Below, piece after piece: positions 50,009 through 64,000 of a stretch of DNA of 64,000 nucleotides. Under the pieces are notes generated by a model. That model ran no database searches. It was not told the origin of the DNA and saw nothing but the letters and a program-made list of their open reading frames with translations. The position numbers and the translations under genes were made by a program. Position 1 is the stretch's first letter, and each line of letters begins with the position of its first letter. The stretch is from Paragordius varius. Lineage: Eukaryota > Animalia > Nematomorpha. The stretch covers positions 868,001-932,000 of the forward strand of contig OZ176058.1 of assembly GCA_964247055.1 (NCBI GenBank), in the 5' to 3' direction.

Positions 50009-50076
50009 TTTAAATCATTTTTGAGCTCAACAATGACATCTTTACCAACCAATGATTTGAAGAAGGAATAAAAAAG
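50009..50076 (-). CDS. LSM2: U6 snRNA-associated Sm-like protein LSm2, exon LFYSFFKSLVGKDVIVELKNDL
   Basis: 68 nt, AG at 50078-50077, GTATGT at 50008. Near-identical to the human LSM2 N-terminus from residue 2. Confidence 0.96.
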
Positions 50077-53000
50077 CTACATTTAAAATTTAAATTTTAC
50101 CATATCGCAAAACCTAACACCCAAAAATTATCAGGCTTTTATTATTACACAATGTTCACGAAAAAATAATCCGAACAAATATATATTCTGTTCGAAAAAT
50201 TTATTTATTTTGTTTTGGTTTTGATTTTATAAGAGATATAAAAAAATTATATGCGCCTATTTTTAGAAATTATGATGAAAGCTAAAGGCTTTATTTTCAA
50301 AAATAAAAATATATCATAAACTAAAATATAAAAACCAATACATGTTTAAAATATTTTATTTTATGTGGGCAAAATCCTCAATATTTGCTTTTTGAAAAGT
50401 GGGTAGTTCTCTTAATGCTTGAATACTCATTCCTTTCAGTCCTTCGATTCAAATTGGGGTCGAAAATATTTTATTTTATCTGGGCAAAATCCTCAATATT
50501 TGCTTTTTGAAAGTGCTCTAGTTTTCTAAATACTTGCATACAACTCATTCCTTTTAGTCCTTCGATTCAAATTGGGGTCGTTGGATACCCCATTCTTTTT
50601 ATTAATTTGGAAAATTATACTCAAATTGAAATGACAAATGTTTGCACCTATATAAATTTAATGAATAAATAATTGATGAAATAAATAAAAAATACATGAA
50701 TATCCTTATTCAGAGGTAATACCTAAAGGTATAAATTTAGCCACCATGACCTGTGTGCATATTCAAAATATACCACATCTTCTGATAGTTAGATGTGACT
50801 TTTAAAAAGATAAACTTAATTTATGCCTGGATTCAAATAAACACGATATATGCAAAAAATTATAATATTAAAATAACGTCGAAGTATTGGATACGGAACT
50901 TTTATTAGTAAATTATTTATAGATATTTAGGCTCATTTATATAATTTTTATTAGGATGAAGCATATATAAATTGAAACCGTTTCCTTCAGTAGTTTTTAA
51001 AAAATTTCAACTTAAATATTGTCTGAGGTTTTTATATAGCCCAATTCGAATCAAAATATTAAAATAAAAACAAATTTAAAAATAAAATTATAATTTAAAA
51101 TTTGATTTTATCACAAAGAGTTAATTTTCAGCAATTTTTTATTGAACCCTGATTCATACTGTTTTGAGTGAGGCATGAGGGAAACGGGTTAAAAAAGCTT
51201 TGGGATGTTATAATTTCCTATATATTTCGAGGATGCTGAATATTTGAATAAACTAATGTCTTAATATTTCTGTTAAATATAAATTTTGGAATTATACAAA
51301 ATTTGAAATTATGCGAATTTTTAGCATTTATTTAAAATAATCTAATCAATTTTAGGAACGCAAATAATATGACGCTTTCGGAGCCCACATGTAGAAATTA
51401 TTATTTTTAAAAATATTGTTCTTTTTATATTCAGTTTATGAAATGTTTTAATAATAATTTTTGGGATGCATTTAGCCTTGACCAAAAAAAATTTGTTTAA
51501 ATGTGAGAAAATTTTGCCATTTTCTTATATGGTGCACTTGCCACAAAAGAGCCTTCCGAGTTGTCAAAATAATTAAAATTTCAAAAATCAATCAATTCTG
51601 CAATCTTTTTTAATTCATCATTACCTTTTTATTTTTTGTATTACGGTTAGTGATTTGTAATCCCGAGCTTCATTCGTAAATAAAATACTGTTTTGATAGG
51701 TTAGGTTAAAGTTAACAAACATTGTTTTCCTGTTCAATTTTTACAATTTTTAACTTTACCAGGGTCTAACGCCCCCGAGCTCTAAGCTGTCTTATGAGAT
51801 ATGGATAATTACACAATGAATATATAATAAAATAAATCTTTTCAACATGGGTAATTAAATTCTGAACAGGTCTTTCAATATTTTGGCAAAGATCTAAAAT
51901 TGGTGGGGTAAAAAGCCTTTATTTTTGAAATTTGGTAAAGTTGTAATTCCCTTTATATTTTTTTGAATGCAGTTTAATTCAAATCGTGTTTGCGAAGTCA
52001 TTTGTGTTTGACACCCTAGTTCTTAGAATCCGATAAACACCTGATCATCCATAAATATCAATGTTATACTAATAATTTTAATTTTTTACGTAAATATTAG
52101 CGATAAAAAAATAAAATTGACGGTAAAAAAGCTTGGATTTATATATTTACTCACTTATAAAAATTTATCATTCGCCATATACAGTATACACGATAAAAAG
52201 TATCCTGAAGAAATGTATATTTCTGATAGCAAAATGTATCAGAATTATGATGCTGTTGGTCTCCCTATATACGAGTGAAAAAGAAATTATTTACACTTGG
52301 GTATATGCCCCAACAATAATGTAAAAATGTGCGCAAATTTTAAATGATTTTTTTGTGTAAACTAAATGAAATATATAAACTACATATGAAAAGCAAATTT
52401 ATATTTGTAAAAAATTTACTTTTTCGATTTGAGCTCCAAAAATCTCAAATTAAACTTTTTTTAAAATGGTTTATTCTTTAATCAAATTTTTGCCATAAAT
52501 ATTTTAATATATGCTAAATTTTGATATCAACTAATTCTAAATAAAGAATTTTTAAAAATTTAATTTTTAGCAAAATTTTGTTGCTTATGTCATATTTAAA
52601 ATATTATAAAAACACTTTTTTACATTTATTGATGCAGATTTCTATCACCTCAGAATTTAGATTAAAATATCTCGTCTTAAATGTATGCTAAATATAAATT
52701 GTCCGTCTTGAAAATCACAGAAATTTGAAACAAAAAACCAAAATAAATTTTTGAAGCGATATAAATGATCAGCACTGAAATATTGAAAAAACGTTTTTAT
52801 TAAAGCGTATTCAAACTGCAAAACTTAAATTAGTATAAAGAAAGCTTCAACCAAATTTTGCTAAAAATTATATTTTTTAAAAGAAATTCGGACAGTTCCA
52901 AAACCCGATTGAACAATAGAGGTGAATTTAAAAATTGAATTAATATATATCAAATCTTCGTTAGTAGTGCAACCTACAAGCTTACTAAAGTGAATTACTT

Positions 53001-53299
53001 ACATTTTGTCACCATATTAATTTATTTAACTATTATTATTAAAAAAATTTAAACAAGGCGAAAAAGTTTAAAAAAAGAATTATCAAAAATTGAACGCCTA
53101 AAAGGCTAAAGAAAGCATGTTTTTTAAGTCAAAATTTCACACTCTAAGATACAAAACCATCCCAAAAGTCATTAAGTGTTAAGTCAACACCAAAATAACC
53201 AAAAGCCCAATGGGAATCACAAATACCTATCAGTATATATATATATACATATTTCATTATATTTTTTACCACTCCCCCTATTTTTGCACTTTATATATA

Positions 53300-53900
53300 T
53301 ATTGGAATAAAGTTTATTCAGAATACATACACTGTTATATAATTATGCTGGTACCACTTAAAAATGCAAATAATTTTATATGCCTCCCGTTGGTTATATA
53401 TATATATATATATAGTATATTTAAATTAGTAATAAGGAAGTTGAAAGCTTTAAACCCGCCTACCACTGACAGCAATGATTTATTTTTTGCGCTATAATAA
53501 TAATTTTATAAAATTAAATTTATCATTTTAAACTTTTTATTATACATAAATGCTTATAACACAAAATAAATTTATGTATATTCAGGTGTATTAATTAACG
53601 CCTCTCGTGGGTGGAACTGGATTTAGTTAAAGCTATATCATAAATATATGGAGAGAGATTGGTAATCTTACCGAATCGTAACCAACAATGCTAACTATTT
53701 TGCATTTTATGGTTACTTTTATCAATTCCATATAAAACGTATATCTGCGCCTCATACTAACACCCCAAAACAAAAGGATTGATAACATGAGTGTTATAAA
53801 AACAGAATAACAGAATATTACTTCCCCAAAGCTGATTCAATGGCTTACATAGCAATGAACAGAGCTTTATATTCCAACAAAATAAACTTCGATTGCGTCG
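53300..53900 (+). mobile_element. Decayed LTR-retrotransposon-type (gypsy-like) integrase remnant
   Basis: Frameshifted pieces RIH..YAG, VLINA-SR-WVE and RIVTNNANYF...HIKRISAPH resemble the integrase core order RIHIDYAG / IDAYSRW / IVTDNG / SAPYHP. Confidence 0.5.
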
Positions 53901-54990
53901 GTAATTGAACTTTTATAAAATTTGTTCGCAAAACATACAGTAAAATTGAAATAATTTTACAGACAAAATGTAAAAATATTAAAACAATTTTTCAAAATAT
54001 AAAAGTACTTTGTAAAATCTGAATTTTTTAATACTCATTGATACATATTTAAAATATGAGAGATAATTTGTATTAGGATCATTTATATAAGTCATATATA
54101 AAAAAATAAGGTTCAAAAGTATAGTTGTTTTTTAAAAAATAATATTTGTTTTTATGTTCTTACGTTTTGTCAATAATTTCAATTTTTACTGTAATTAGAT
54201 GGCAGATATCATTTTTATATTTAACAGTTTGAGTCAAAATTTGAAAGATTTTTAAAAAACTACTTAAGGAAACGGTCCTAATTTAAATTTATGCTTCTAT
54301 CCTAATAAAAATTATATAAATATGCCAGTATATCTTAATAAAATTTTGTTTGGAAAAAAAGTTTCATGTCAAACTACTTCGACGCCATTTTTATTTTACA
54401 AAATTTTTGCAAAATATCGTCTTCATTTAATTAAAAGGGTAAAATTAATGCTAAACTTTTATTTAAATTATATCTAACATGGATAGAAATAGAAAAAGCG
54501 GTATATTTTGTATTATTTTTTTAATTTTACCATTGCACTTATGTCACGTGGTATAAATTTTTACCATTCGGTTTTAGCTTAAAATAAGTAATATCAAGTA
54601 TTTTTGAATAAACCTTTCTATATATTTCGGTTTATTAATGTTATATAAGTGCAAGATTTTGCCATGGTTTCGATTCCTTCCATATTTTTTGAAGAATTTA
54701 ATTTTAAACAGGCCTGGGGTATTTAACTATTCCAATTTGAATCGAAGGACTAAAATGAATGTGTTGTATCTAAGCGTCAACAATGTAACGGTTAGCTGTT
54801 ATTATAATTTTTTAATTTATATTAATTATATTATAAAAATTGCTATGTCTAATTTTCTTTTAACCAATATTATAACACATGAATACTCTGGTTTTTTACG
54901 TCTTGTCTCCAAGTTGCTTAGTACTAACGCCGCTCTAATTAGTAATTAATTTTTGGTTGAGTAATACCTATACAGTTAAAATTAAAATTA

Positions 54991-55219
54991 CAGTCATCTA
55001 TCCTTTATTTTATCAAAAATTTATTTTTTTTCGTTAAATGAGGCTATAAATATTTTGTAAAGAATGGAAAAATGCTCTATGGTAATTTTACTTTTTTGAT
55101 GAATATGAATGATATTGTTAATAGTATAAAGCTCTTGTTTTTTCCATTCTTTACCAAATATTTATATCCACTAAACGAAAAAAAATAAATTTTTGATAAA
55201 AATAAAGGATACATGACTG
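54991..55219. mobile_element. Hairpin MITE (CAGTCATGTATCCTTTATT termini, TA flanks); second copy about 8839-9064
   Basis: Almost the whole element is an inverted repeat; two copies in the window. Confidence 0.8.
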
Positions 55220-58200
55220 TATAAAAACAAAAGTTAAAAACATGATGCCAAATATTTTACCAACAAACAACCATTTTCTATCTATCCATATATACCATTC
55301 ACAATTCAAATTCACCCTTAAATAATTCGAATACGCACTAAAACAAAGTGTTTCCGGGCTAATATAATAAAAAATATAGGTAATTTTTAATCTTAAAAAA
55401 CAATTTATTTTATGGTAAGTTTGAATTGGTTAAGGGTGAATTTGGCGCGTAAATCGTATAATAAACAACACACACGGGAACATATTATAGAAAAAAGTGC
55501 ACAGTATCCCACCAAGTCAAACAAAAAAAACGCTCGAGAATACTTTAATCGCTACAAGAAAAATCAGAGTAACTCAACAGTCATCCCTACAAGTTTTTAT
55601 TCGGCATAAATAACACTTGTTTAAACGACAACCATTCATAACTGCAAAAATTGAACTAAGTGATTAAAAGACTTAATATAAAGACAACCATACTAGTTAA
55701 ACTTTGATATTTTCCACATATCTAATTAGAAATTTAAAATATGTGATTAAGCTAAGGATATACATTCTATTTTCATATTTTCCAATACACACAACGATAA
55801 GTTATATTCCAAAAATCAAGGTTTTAAACTTATATACGATTGTTAAAATACATATCATGTTTTTTTTGTATAATTCCCAAACATATTTGTTGTTAGTAAC
55901 ACTTGCCTATACGACTATAGAGTTCATAAAAACAATGTAATCAGACCTTATACCTATCAAAAAATTCTTAAATTTGACAGGGAGAAGAGGTCCTATGCAA
56001 AATATTCTTTACAAAAGCCTTAAGTTCCCTTGATAGACTCAACTTAGAGGGATAGTGATGTAACATCAGTATTTTAAATATAAATTCAACGTAGTAAAAT
56101 AATAAAATTATAAAAAAGACAAACATGATTTATAATGTTTTTTAATACAAATTATGGTATTTGTGCAAAATAAGTAAATTGTTACACTCAATTCAATATT
56201 TCAAAACTTCATGTAGAAAATTTTAGGAAAGAAAATATGACTGTCTCAATAAAAAATATTTTTTATTTTACATATCTTAAAAATATTATTAACTGTAATT
56301 ATAATTATCACAATATCATGCACAGAGTTTTTTAAATAATTAATATATACCATTTACAGCTCAAGTTGATTTTCAACAATATAAATTTACCCTCCAACAT
56401 TTAAATTCACCCTAGAGCAATACAAATTTATTCTTATATAATTTTTAGCTCAAAATAAACTATTTTGAATATTGAATACCATATTTTTATATTTAAAATA
56501 AAATTTCGTTTAATATAAACCTAATACTGAAAAAATAGTACACTATTTTATAAAGTAACATAATGATGGGTTATATTAGCCCGAAAACACATAATTTTTA
56601 TTTAGGTGAGTTTGAATGGTTCAAGGGTAAATTTAAGTGTTAATGGTAATATAAACCATGCAAACAGGCCATACACATTTAATTTGTATAGTTACATATT
56701 TAGACATGCGTAATAGTAATTAATAGCAAGAATAATTGGCTAACACGGTAAAATGCTTGTATGATGCCATGAATAAGATTTTTCATTTTTTCATAATATA
56801 TTTTATTGAACTCTATTTTTTTCGAATTAAAATGCAATGATTGTTGGCTGAGGCAGAGTGTATACGTTTTAATAAAGAAACATCAAAACCCACATTTTTC
56901 CAAAAAACCATAAAAATTGATATTTGAGGAAAAATAAATCATTACTTACGTAGAAGATATAAATTTTAAATTATACGTCATATGTTAAAATAATGAGCCG
57001 AATCAAAAAGTATTCGTTGTAATAATTTTTTACTGGTTATTTATTATATTTATATCCGTTAATATTATTAAATATTATATTATAAACACATAATAAAAAA
57101 AGACAACCATATCTAAACCTTAATTTATACATAAACTGTATAATTTCAATTTTGAAATATTTAATTGAGAGTGACCAATTTCACCTCTATTTTTTATTTT
57201 GCGGCCCAAAAATATATCAAGGAACAAATTGTATGGTTGTCTTTTGCCATATATTTTTATATTTTACAGTAATACGGACAAAACGTAAAAATATAAAGAC
57301 AATATGTTTTCAAAAAATTATACTTAATTTATTTTATTAAATACATGCAAAAATAATCTAAAAAATGTTGACTTCTAAACATCTTTATTTTATATTTCGC
57401 AACTTGAAACAACGAGTTTTATTTAAATCAATCAAAATTCAAAAAGCATCCATCGTCTTTTAGAAAAAAATATTTGTCTTTATATTTTTACATTTGTCCA
57501 TATGATTTCAATTTTTCTATTTTTAGTCAAAGACCCCAGGGGTCAATAGCTTGGCGGATTTTTGCATATGTAAATCAACAAATATTCTATTAAATGATCT
57601 GGTTTTCGATCAAAATGGAAAAATTGTTTTTATAATGTAATATTTATTGTTATTAATTTTTTAAAAGTGTTTGAGTCGTATATGAGCCAAATTAAAATCT
57701 AGCGAGAGCGGCATTAGTATTAATATAATTTAGAATTTATGAAGAAAAATGCTACGCAATAAACAAAGCCATATTAAACATAAAATATTATTGGTTCTTT
57801 ATAAAGAAAATACATTCTAAAACAATTATAATCCTATAATTATTGAAAATTACTAACACATTAAATAAATCGTACTCATTAAAATATTACTCCTTATATA
57901 TATATATTATATTAAATCAGCTATCTATATATGAAGCATTACAGTAAAAAAGACTAAAACATTTAAATTTTTAGATATAAATTTAGGTGTTAAGTTGGTA
58001 ATTTATAATTCAAATAATATTTTAAATTGATAGGTTTTAAGGAGTATAGCTCTCTTATTCATTTAAAAAGATTAGTAAATAGACCAATTAACATTAGAAT
58101 ATGTGGTGTAAAACAAACCATATACACTGTATTTAATGGTTTTTCGCTTGAAAAGATTCAATCCATGACTTTTAAATATTTAATAAAATTTAAAATTATT

Positions 58201-61200
58201 TTTATTTATGAAATCATTCTAAAAACAAATCTGAATATTCATCCATCATTTTATTGACAAATTTTTAAATGACCTTATTACTGCCAATTATTTTCAAATC
58301 GCATTCTATACATAAAAAATATAAAATTTTGATTGTCCAGACATGTTTAAATAAAAAACAAAGATTTCAATAATGTATAATAGGTATGAAAATGATTGTC
58401 TAATTTTTATGGGTGAAATTTTAATAAGAGAAGTAAGTTTAAAGTATAGTTGACTTTTGACATATTTGTCTTTTTTTTGTCTTTAAGATTTTTATTTTAA
58501 CAGCAATTAAACACCCTCAATAAAAATAGATTGTATTAAAAGAGGTTCTTTAAGTAATTTAGAAATTAAAATATCGTATGAAATATTTTGGTGCAATTTC
58601 GACTATTGATCTCGGCTTTTGATCATAAAACTCCCTAAATAAAAAACTGAGTCGACAGATTTTTTCTATGAAATGTATGGATAAGTATTTAAAATATATT
58701 TATTGGATCGTTTGTAGTAATGATAATAGGCTTGCGTTTAATTCATTATCAAAAAATTTCATTTTTTGAGTTCGACTAATTATTGAGTATACCTTTCATA
58801 TATAAATTAAAATAAAAATCTTTTATCGCATACGAACAAGTTTTATTTAGATTTGTCAAAGTGCTATTTGATCTCAAATACCTGTGATTTTTTTAAAGAC
58901 CCTCATCGTAAATTCTTATAATAATTGCGTTTAGTTGACGGATTTTTCTATAATGTAAAGGTGCGACCTTTTTCGATTGGAAAAAAATATTTCTACAACC
59001 GCATTCACAATTTAACTATCGAATTATGAATTATTCAAAAAAATTATTTATGATCCCCAATTTTATCTCAGAGGGATATATTTGTTTTAAAAATCATCAT
59101 CAATTAAAATATATGTTTTTAAGCTTAAAAAATACCTATATATATATATATTTAAAAAATAAAATTTTGTTTTAAATTAAAATAATAATGAAAAAATAAT
59201 AAATTATGCCATAAATATATATTTCATATTAATAATGATAGTTCGAAAACACATACTATTTTTAGGGTAAATTAGATTGTTCGAGGGTGAATTTGAATTG
59301 ACCTAAAAATGGTATAAATTTTTAAAAAAACTAAATTTTTAGATTTTTTATTTACTATTAATAAATTTATTAATGTGATTTTATAGGTAAATCAACCAAA
59401 AATTAAAACATATATTACTGAGAGATAGGCAAATTGTGAGAAGCCGATGTGAAGTGTTATAATATAATATAACTCTTAATATTTTAATCAAAAAGCTAAG
59501 TAAAACAATTCGTATTGTAAATTATTGCAAAGTATTTAACACATTTAATTTAACCATTTTATGAGTCACATTTTGAAATTGTATATTATTAAGAATAACT
59601 AAATTTATACAAGCCATCTATTTATTTATTATTATAACAATAAATGTTAAAATACAAACAAAATGTAAAAATATAAGGGAATTTTAATCAAAAGAAAATC
59701 ATACTTTTCTAAACCTTAATCCAATAAATAATATTAAAATATATAATTTAATATTTACTGATGTTAACAGTTCAAAACAATAGGCGATTTAAGATAGAAA
59801 AAGTATATTTTTATGGTTTTGTAGAAAAATTATTTTATAATTTTACGTGTCCAAAAAATTCTTTTCAAGATTTATTGTAAATATCTGTAACAATTTAACT
59901 TTAAAAATTTGTATATAATGATCAGATAGTTTTATCATTTTTATTATAATTTGTCATATAACTTTTTTAGGTCTCCAAATTATAAAAAATATCTGCTTTC
60001 TCGATTAAACTAATGACAAATATATGTTTAAATTAATATTGATAAGCATAATTAAGATTTGATAATTATATCTGTAAAAAATATCAAATGATATGGTATA
60101 ATATTTAGTTTTAATATGCTACTCCAAATCGGTAAGAAGGGAGATGAACGGTATATTAAGAATGTTATTCAAGATAAATAAAAAAGAAACAATTATTAAA
60201 GTTACACTCAGATATTTTTTGAGCTATCTAATACTGATGTATCGGATATTTTTATTCGACCTTATCATGACCTTTAATTAACAAAAAAATTTGAAGGGCT
60301 AAAAAATATTTTTTTGTCTCAAGGGACTCAATACAGATATAATTTAGCTGTTAGCCACATTTGCATATATAATATACAGAATGTAAAAATCATAAGACAA
60401 ATTTTTTTTAACTAAAATTTAATTATGTATAGAATTTCTAATCAATATTTAATTTACAATTATGATAAATAATTTATATTAGAAAAATTAGGTTAAATAA
60501 TGATTTTATAGTTTTTTTCTGTGTAATTTCAATAAGTAAAGGTAATAATTAAAGAATTTGATAAAGTCACTGAAAATATAACAAATGAATTATTAAAAAA
60601 TTAATTAAAATCAAAAAATAAAACACAAAACTGTTAAAAAAATAAAAAGCAAATATTTAATTTATCAACACTTCATGAATTTATGGGGTAAATTTATAGC
60701 TGATCAATTTAGATATCATAAAAAATATTCTAGCATTGGGCCAAATATAAAATTATGCTTTCTTAACCTTTGGCCTAAGATACATTTCTTTTAATAATGA
60801 AAAATTATAGAATAATCCTTTTTAAGCCATTTTATTTTTTTTGTGTACAAAACTTGTATATTATGGTTAATATATAGAAATTAACTTTGATATTAAAAAT
60901 TGATAAATACAGACAAATGTAAATAATAGAAGATATTTTTATTAAAAAACCAAATTTTAACCTAGGTTTTTAAAAACGTTTGAAATGTCAGATGATTAGA
61001 AATGGAAATTGTAGCTTATCTAATTTTACAAAATATTAACGAATTGGAATTTATTGAGAAAATCCTGTTAATATACTGTTATTATTTTTATAAAATAGTT
61101 TTAATCAACCAAAAATTAATAAAAGAAGACGTTGAAAAACGCGATGGATGGATAATATTAAGAGTATTTTTTCAGAATTAAATAAAAATAATTTATAAGG

Positions 61201-63436
61201 CATTGTATTATTATTTAAGTTTATTATAAAATTTTAAACCATTTAAACAAGTAATATAATGATATCAATTTTTTTTTAGTACTAATGTAATGAAATACCT
61301 ACCATCTATTTATTAAAATACCACATCTTATAATAAAACTGTGAAAACACCATCACCAAAAAATTTATATGTATTCTTCAGATAATAAAAAAATATATAA
61401 AAGTTTTAAGTTGGTATTAAAAATATAACTAAATAAGCCATATCAAAAAAAAAACTTTCACAAAATCAATCTGCAATCGGCGATAAAAAATGGCTATTAA
61501 ATATATTTTGTTTAAAGAGATCTTAATGCATCAATTGATTGGAAAAGTGTGGAAATTATAAAAAAGTATTTACAGGGAATCATAGGACAAAACGTTAAAA
61601 ATATAAAAACAAAGAGTTTTTCTAAAAGACAATCATACCAAATTGAATTTATTTAAATAATATATTGTTGTTAACTGCAAAGTATAAAATGGAGATATAT
61701 AATAGTCAACCAACTTTATAAATTAAATAAATTTTTAAATAAGAAAAATAAAGGTTCTAAAATATTATATGATGTGAAAAAATATTGCTTTTTATATTTT
61801 TTCGTTTCTATAATTCAAATTTTTACTGTAATTAGGTTAAAAAAGTATATATTGTTATTCACAATGTAAATTTGTTAAAATCGAGCTATATAATGAAATC
61901 CGTTTCTGTTTTAATTCAAACAATTTTTTTAATGAGATTTTCCACCGAATATATTCGTATTATACAACATTTTCGGGCGATAGTTTAAATCTAAAATTTG
62001 GCAATTTGTTTTATTTTATGTTTTTATTTTTTTAAATTTTTGGTGGATTATTATTTATATGTTAATAAAATATTTGTTGTTTGGTTTTTAAATTAAATAT
62101 CTAGATATTATATTTGCGATTCAAAAAATATAAGAGTTTAAATGAAATATATTTTTGCGGTTCACAATATTTATTATTATAATATAGTAATAACAAATTT
62201 AATCAAGGCATCCTAGGCTTACTTCTATAATACAATTATTTTTTTTCTTTCATACATTCGGAATGAAAGAGCTCGCGTTGATTTAAGGTTATTATATTTT
62301 TACAAGTGTGACCTTTAAGTAACGCTTAGAAAACCGAGTAGCTTTTCCCAATCAAGTAAAAATTATTAAACCATTAAATACGTCGAGAATGACTAGCTTA
62401 ACCCTCAGTTTTGCCCCATCCTGTATAAAATTGTGTTTTTTTTGAAATAGTGAAAGCCTATAAATTTATGAGTTTGAAAGCCGTTTTCGAAAAATGTGTG
62501 GGCCTATTCAGTTTTAATAGGGTACATTTTTAATGTTTTACAAATGCTTCGTAGATAATTAAGCTTTATTTGAATTAGTTCCACACTTTGGCTCCACTGA
62601 GAAAATCGGGTTTTTGACAGAATTGTTGGCCAGTCTCAATAGTCTTTTCTTATTGTTTCATAATTTCTGCGAGCCTAAGCGTTTTTTGAAATTAGCTTAG
62701 CCCAGCTTATTTTGAAAATAGAAACTGCATAATTGTTATGACAACTTTCGAAAAACATATAAGCCCATGTTTTAAACCCGGTAATTTTTCAAATATAATT
62801 GCGCCGAGAGTGACTAAGCCATTTATTCAGGGAAGTGGCAAATTTGAGTTAATTTAAGTGATTATAACATTTACAGATAGAATTTACCCTTGAAAAATTC
62901 AAATTCGCCCTTGAACAATTCAAATTCACCCTAAAATATTTTTTTTTTGATATTATTAAAAAATGAAAGTTCGTTTAAATTAACATACCTAAAAAATAAT
63001 AGACTATGCCATACAATAATTCATATTAATGATACATATTAGCTGAAAATACTTTATTTTTAGGGTGAATTTGAATTGTAGGGTGAAATTGTTCAAGAGT
63101 GAATTTGAGGTGTAAATGGTGTATTATTTTTTCTGATTTTAATATATATCATTATATAGTGTTTAGAATCTTGAGAGAATTTTAGCCTCAGTGTTTAAAA
63201 CCTTAAATTTATAAGCTATGGTACAATAAGTAATACAACTCAAATCCATTTATTGATAGTAGTTGAAACACCAGATAAAACATTTGCAAAAAATTTGAGA
63301 TGTTAATTGTACATTTTTAAACGATTTATTTAATTATAGCGTAAATTATAGTATGAGCTTAAAACTATTAGGAATAAATTTTAGTTCATCTAGGAATAAA
63401 AACATACTTAAAATATATTTATGATTTTAAATACAG

Positions 63437-63439
<3 letters not shown>

Positions 63440-63482
<43 letters not shown>
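63440..63482. repeat. (AT)n microsatellite, longest in window; others near 13689, 19396, 19649, 20318, 28513, 32627
   Basis: Seen directly in the sequence. Confidence 0.95.
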
Positions 63483-63486
<4 letters not shown>

Positions 63487-64000
63487 TTCAAATTACGTTG
63501 GATTCGATTGGTGTTTTTATAAATCAATATATAATTTTTTGTAAATCAAATGAATCCCATATTTATTATATGATATAGTTATATTAGTTTACTTAAATGC
63601 TTTCAATGATAATTATGAATTTATTAAAGTTTTAGTTGAAATATTGTGTTATAAACAAACGATTTAACTATCTTTGATTATATCCACTGAAATAATTTGG
63701 CAATATTTTTGCATTCTTAATCAGTTAGGGGTTATGAATTTAATCGCATTTATTAGAGTTTAATCATAAAAATCAAACAAATTAAAGATTTAAATATTCA
63801 TTTCTTACATAACATATTCTAGATCGAATTTGAAATTTTGTATAAAATAATATATTTGTTGAAAACCTCAATAAGTCCAATAAAATTCATGTAGGTATAA
63901 TAGATAATATTTAAAATTTAAATTACCATAATAGACAAATCTAACATTACTTACTCTGGTTATAATTATATGTGAGATATATTTATTTTTAAATTCTAGG

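Noticed and set aside
62250-62850. Relatively GC-rich island
   Set aside because: No ORF, RNA gene or terminal repeats I can support; it could be a promoter or TE interior.
1-64000. CRISPR arrays, tRNA, rRNA
   Set aside because: None seen. The periodic repeats have no unique spacers, and the context is eukaryotic.

Overview
Very AT-rich, intron-rich animal-type eukaryotic DNA; the organism cannot be determined from this window. Two conserved genes lie on the minus strand. The first is a VAT-1-like (VAT1L) MDR/quinone-oxidoreductase homolog: 8 coding exons reconstructed by hand (17421 to 1021, 363 codons), with the last exon beyond the left edge. The second is LSM2: 3 coding exons (50076 to 46619), ATG exon unresolved. 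A third, orphan terminal exon (Ser/Thr/Pro-rich, ending YVGLGKKR-stop) is split by a MITE that itself carries a nearly intact RTE LINE with one premature stop. The rest is dense with MITEs of several families, a Chapaev3-like CAC..GTG element, a hAT MITE inside a decayed NeSL/Utopia-like retroelement, LTR-type integrase relics and local tandem arrays. The most unusual pattern is that tandem arrays repeatedly originate at exon boundaries: VAT1L exons 3, 7 and 8, and the LSM2 last exon. The three LSM2 copies are acceptor-intact, stop at the same codon and differ mostly at synonymous sites, so they may be functional alternative terminal exons giving an Sm-core-only Lsm2. Gene models and family calls rest on manual translation and motifs recalled from memory; no searches were run.
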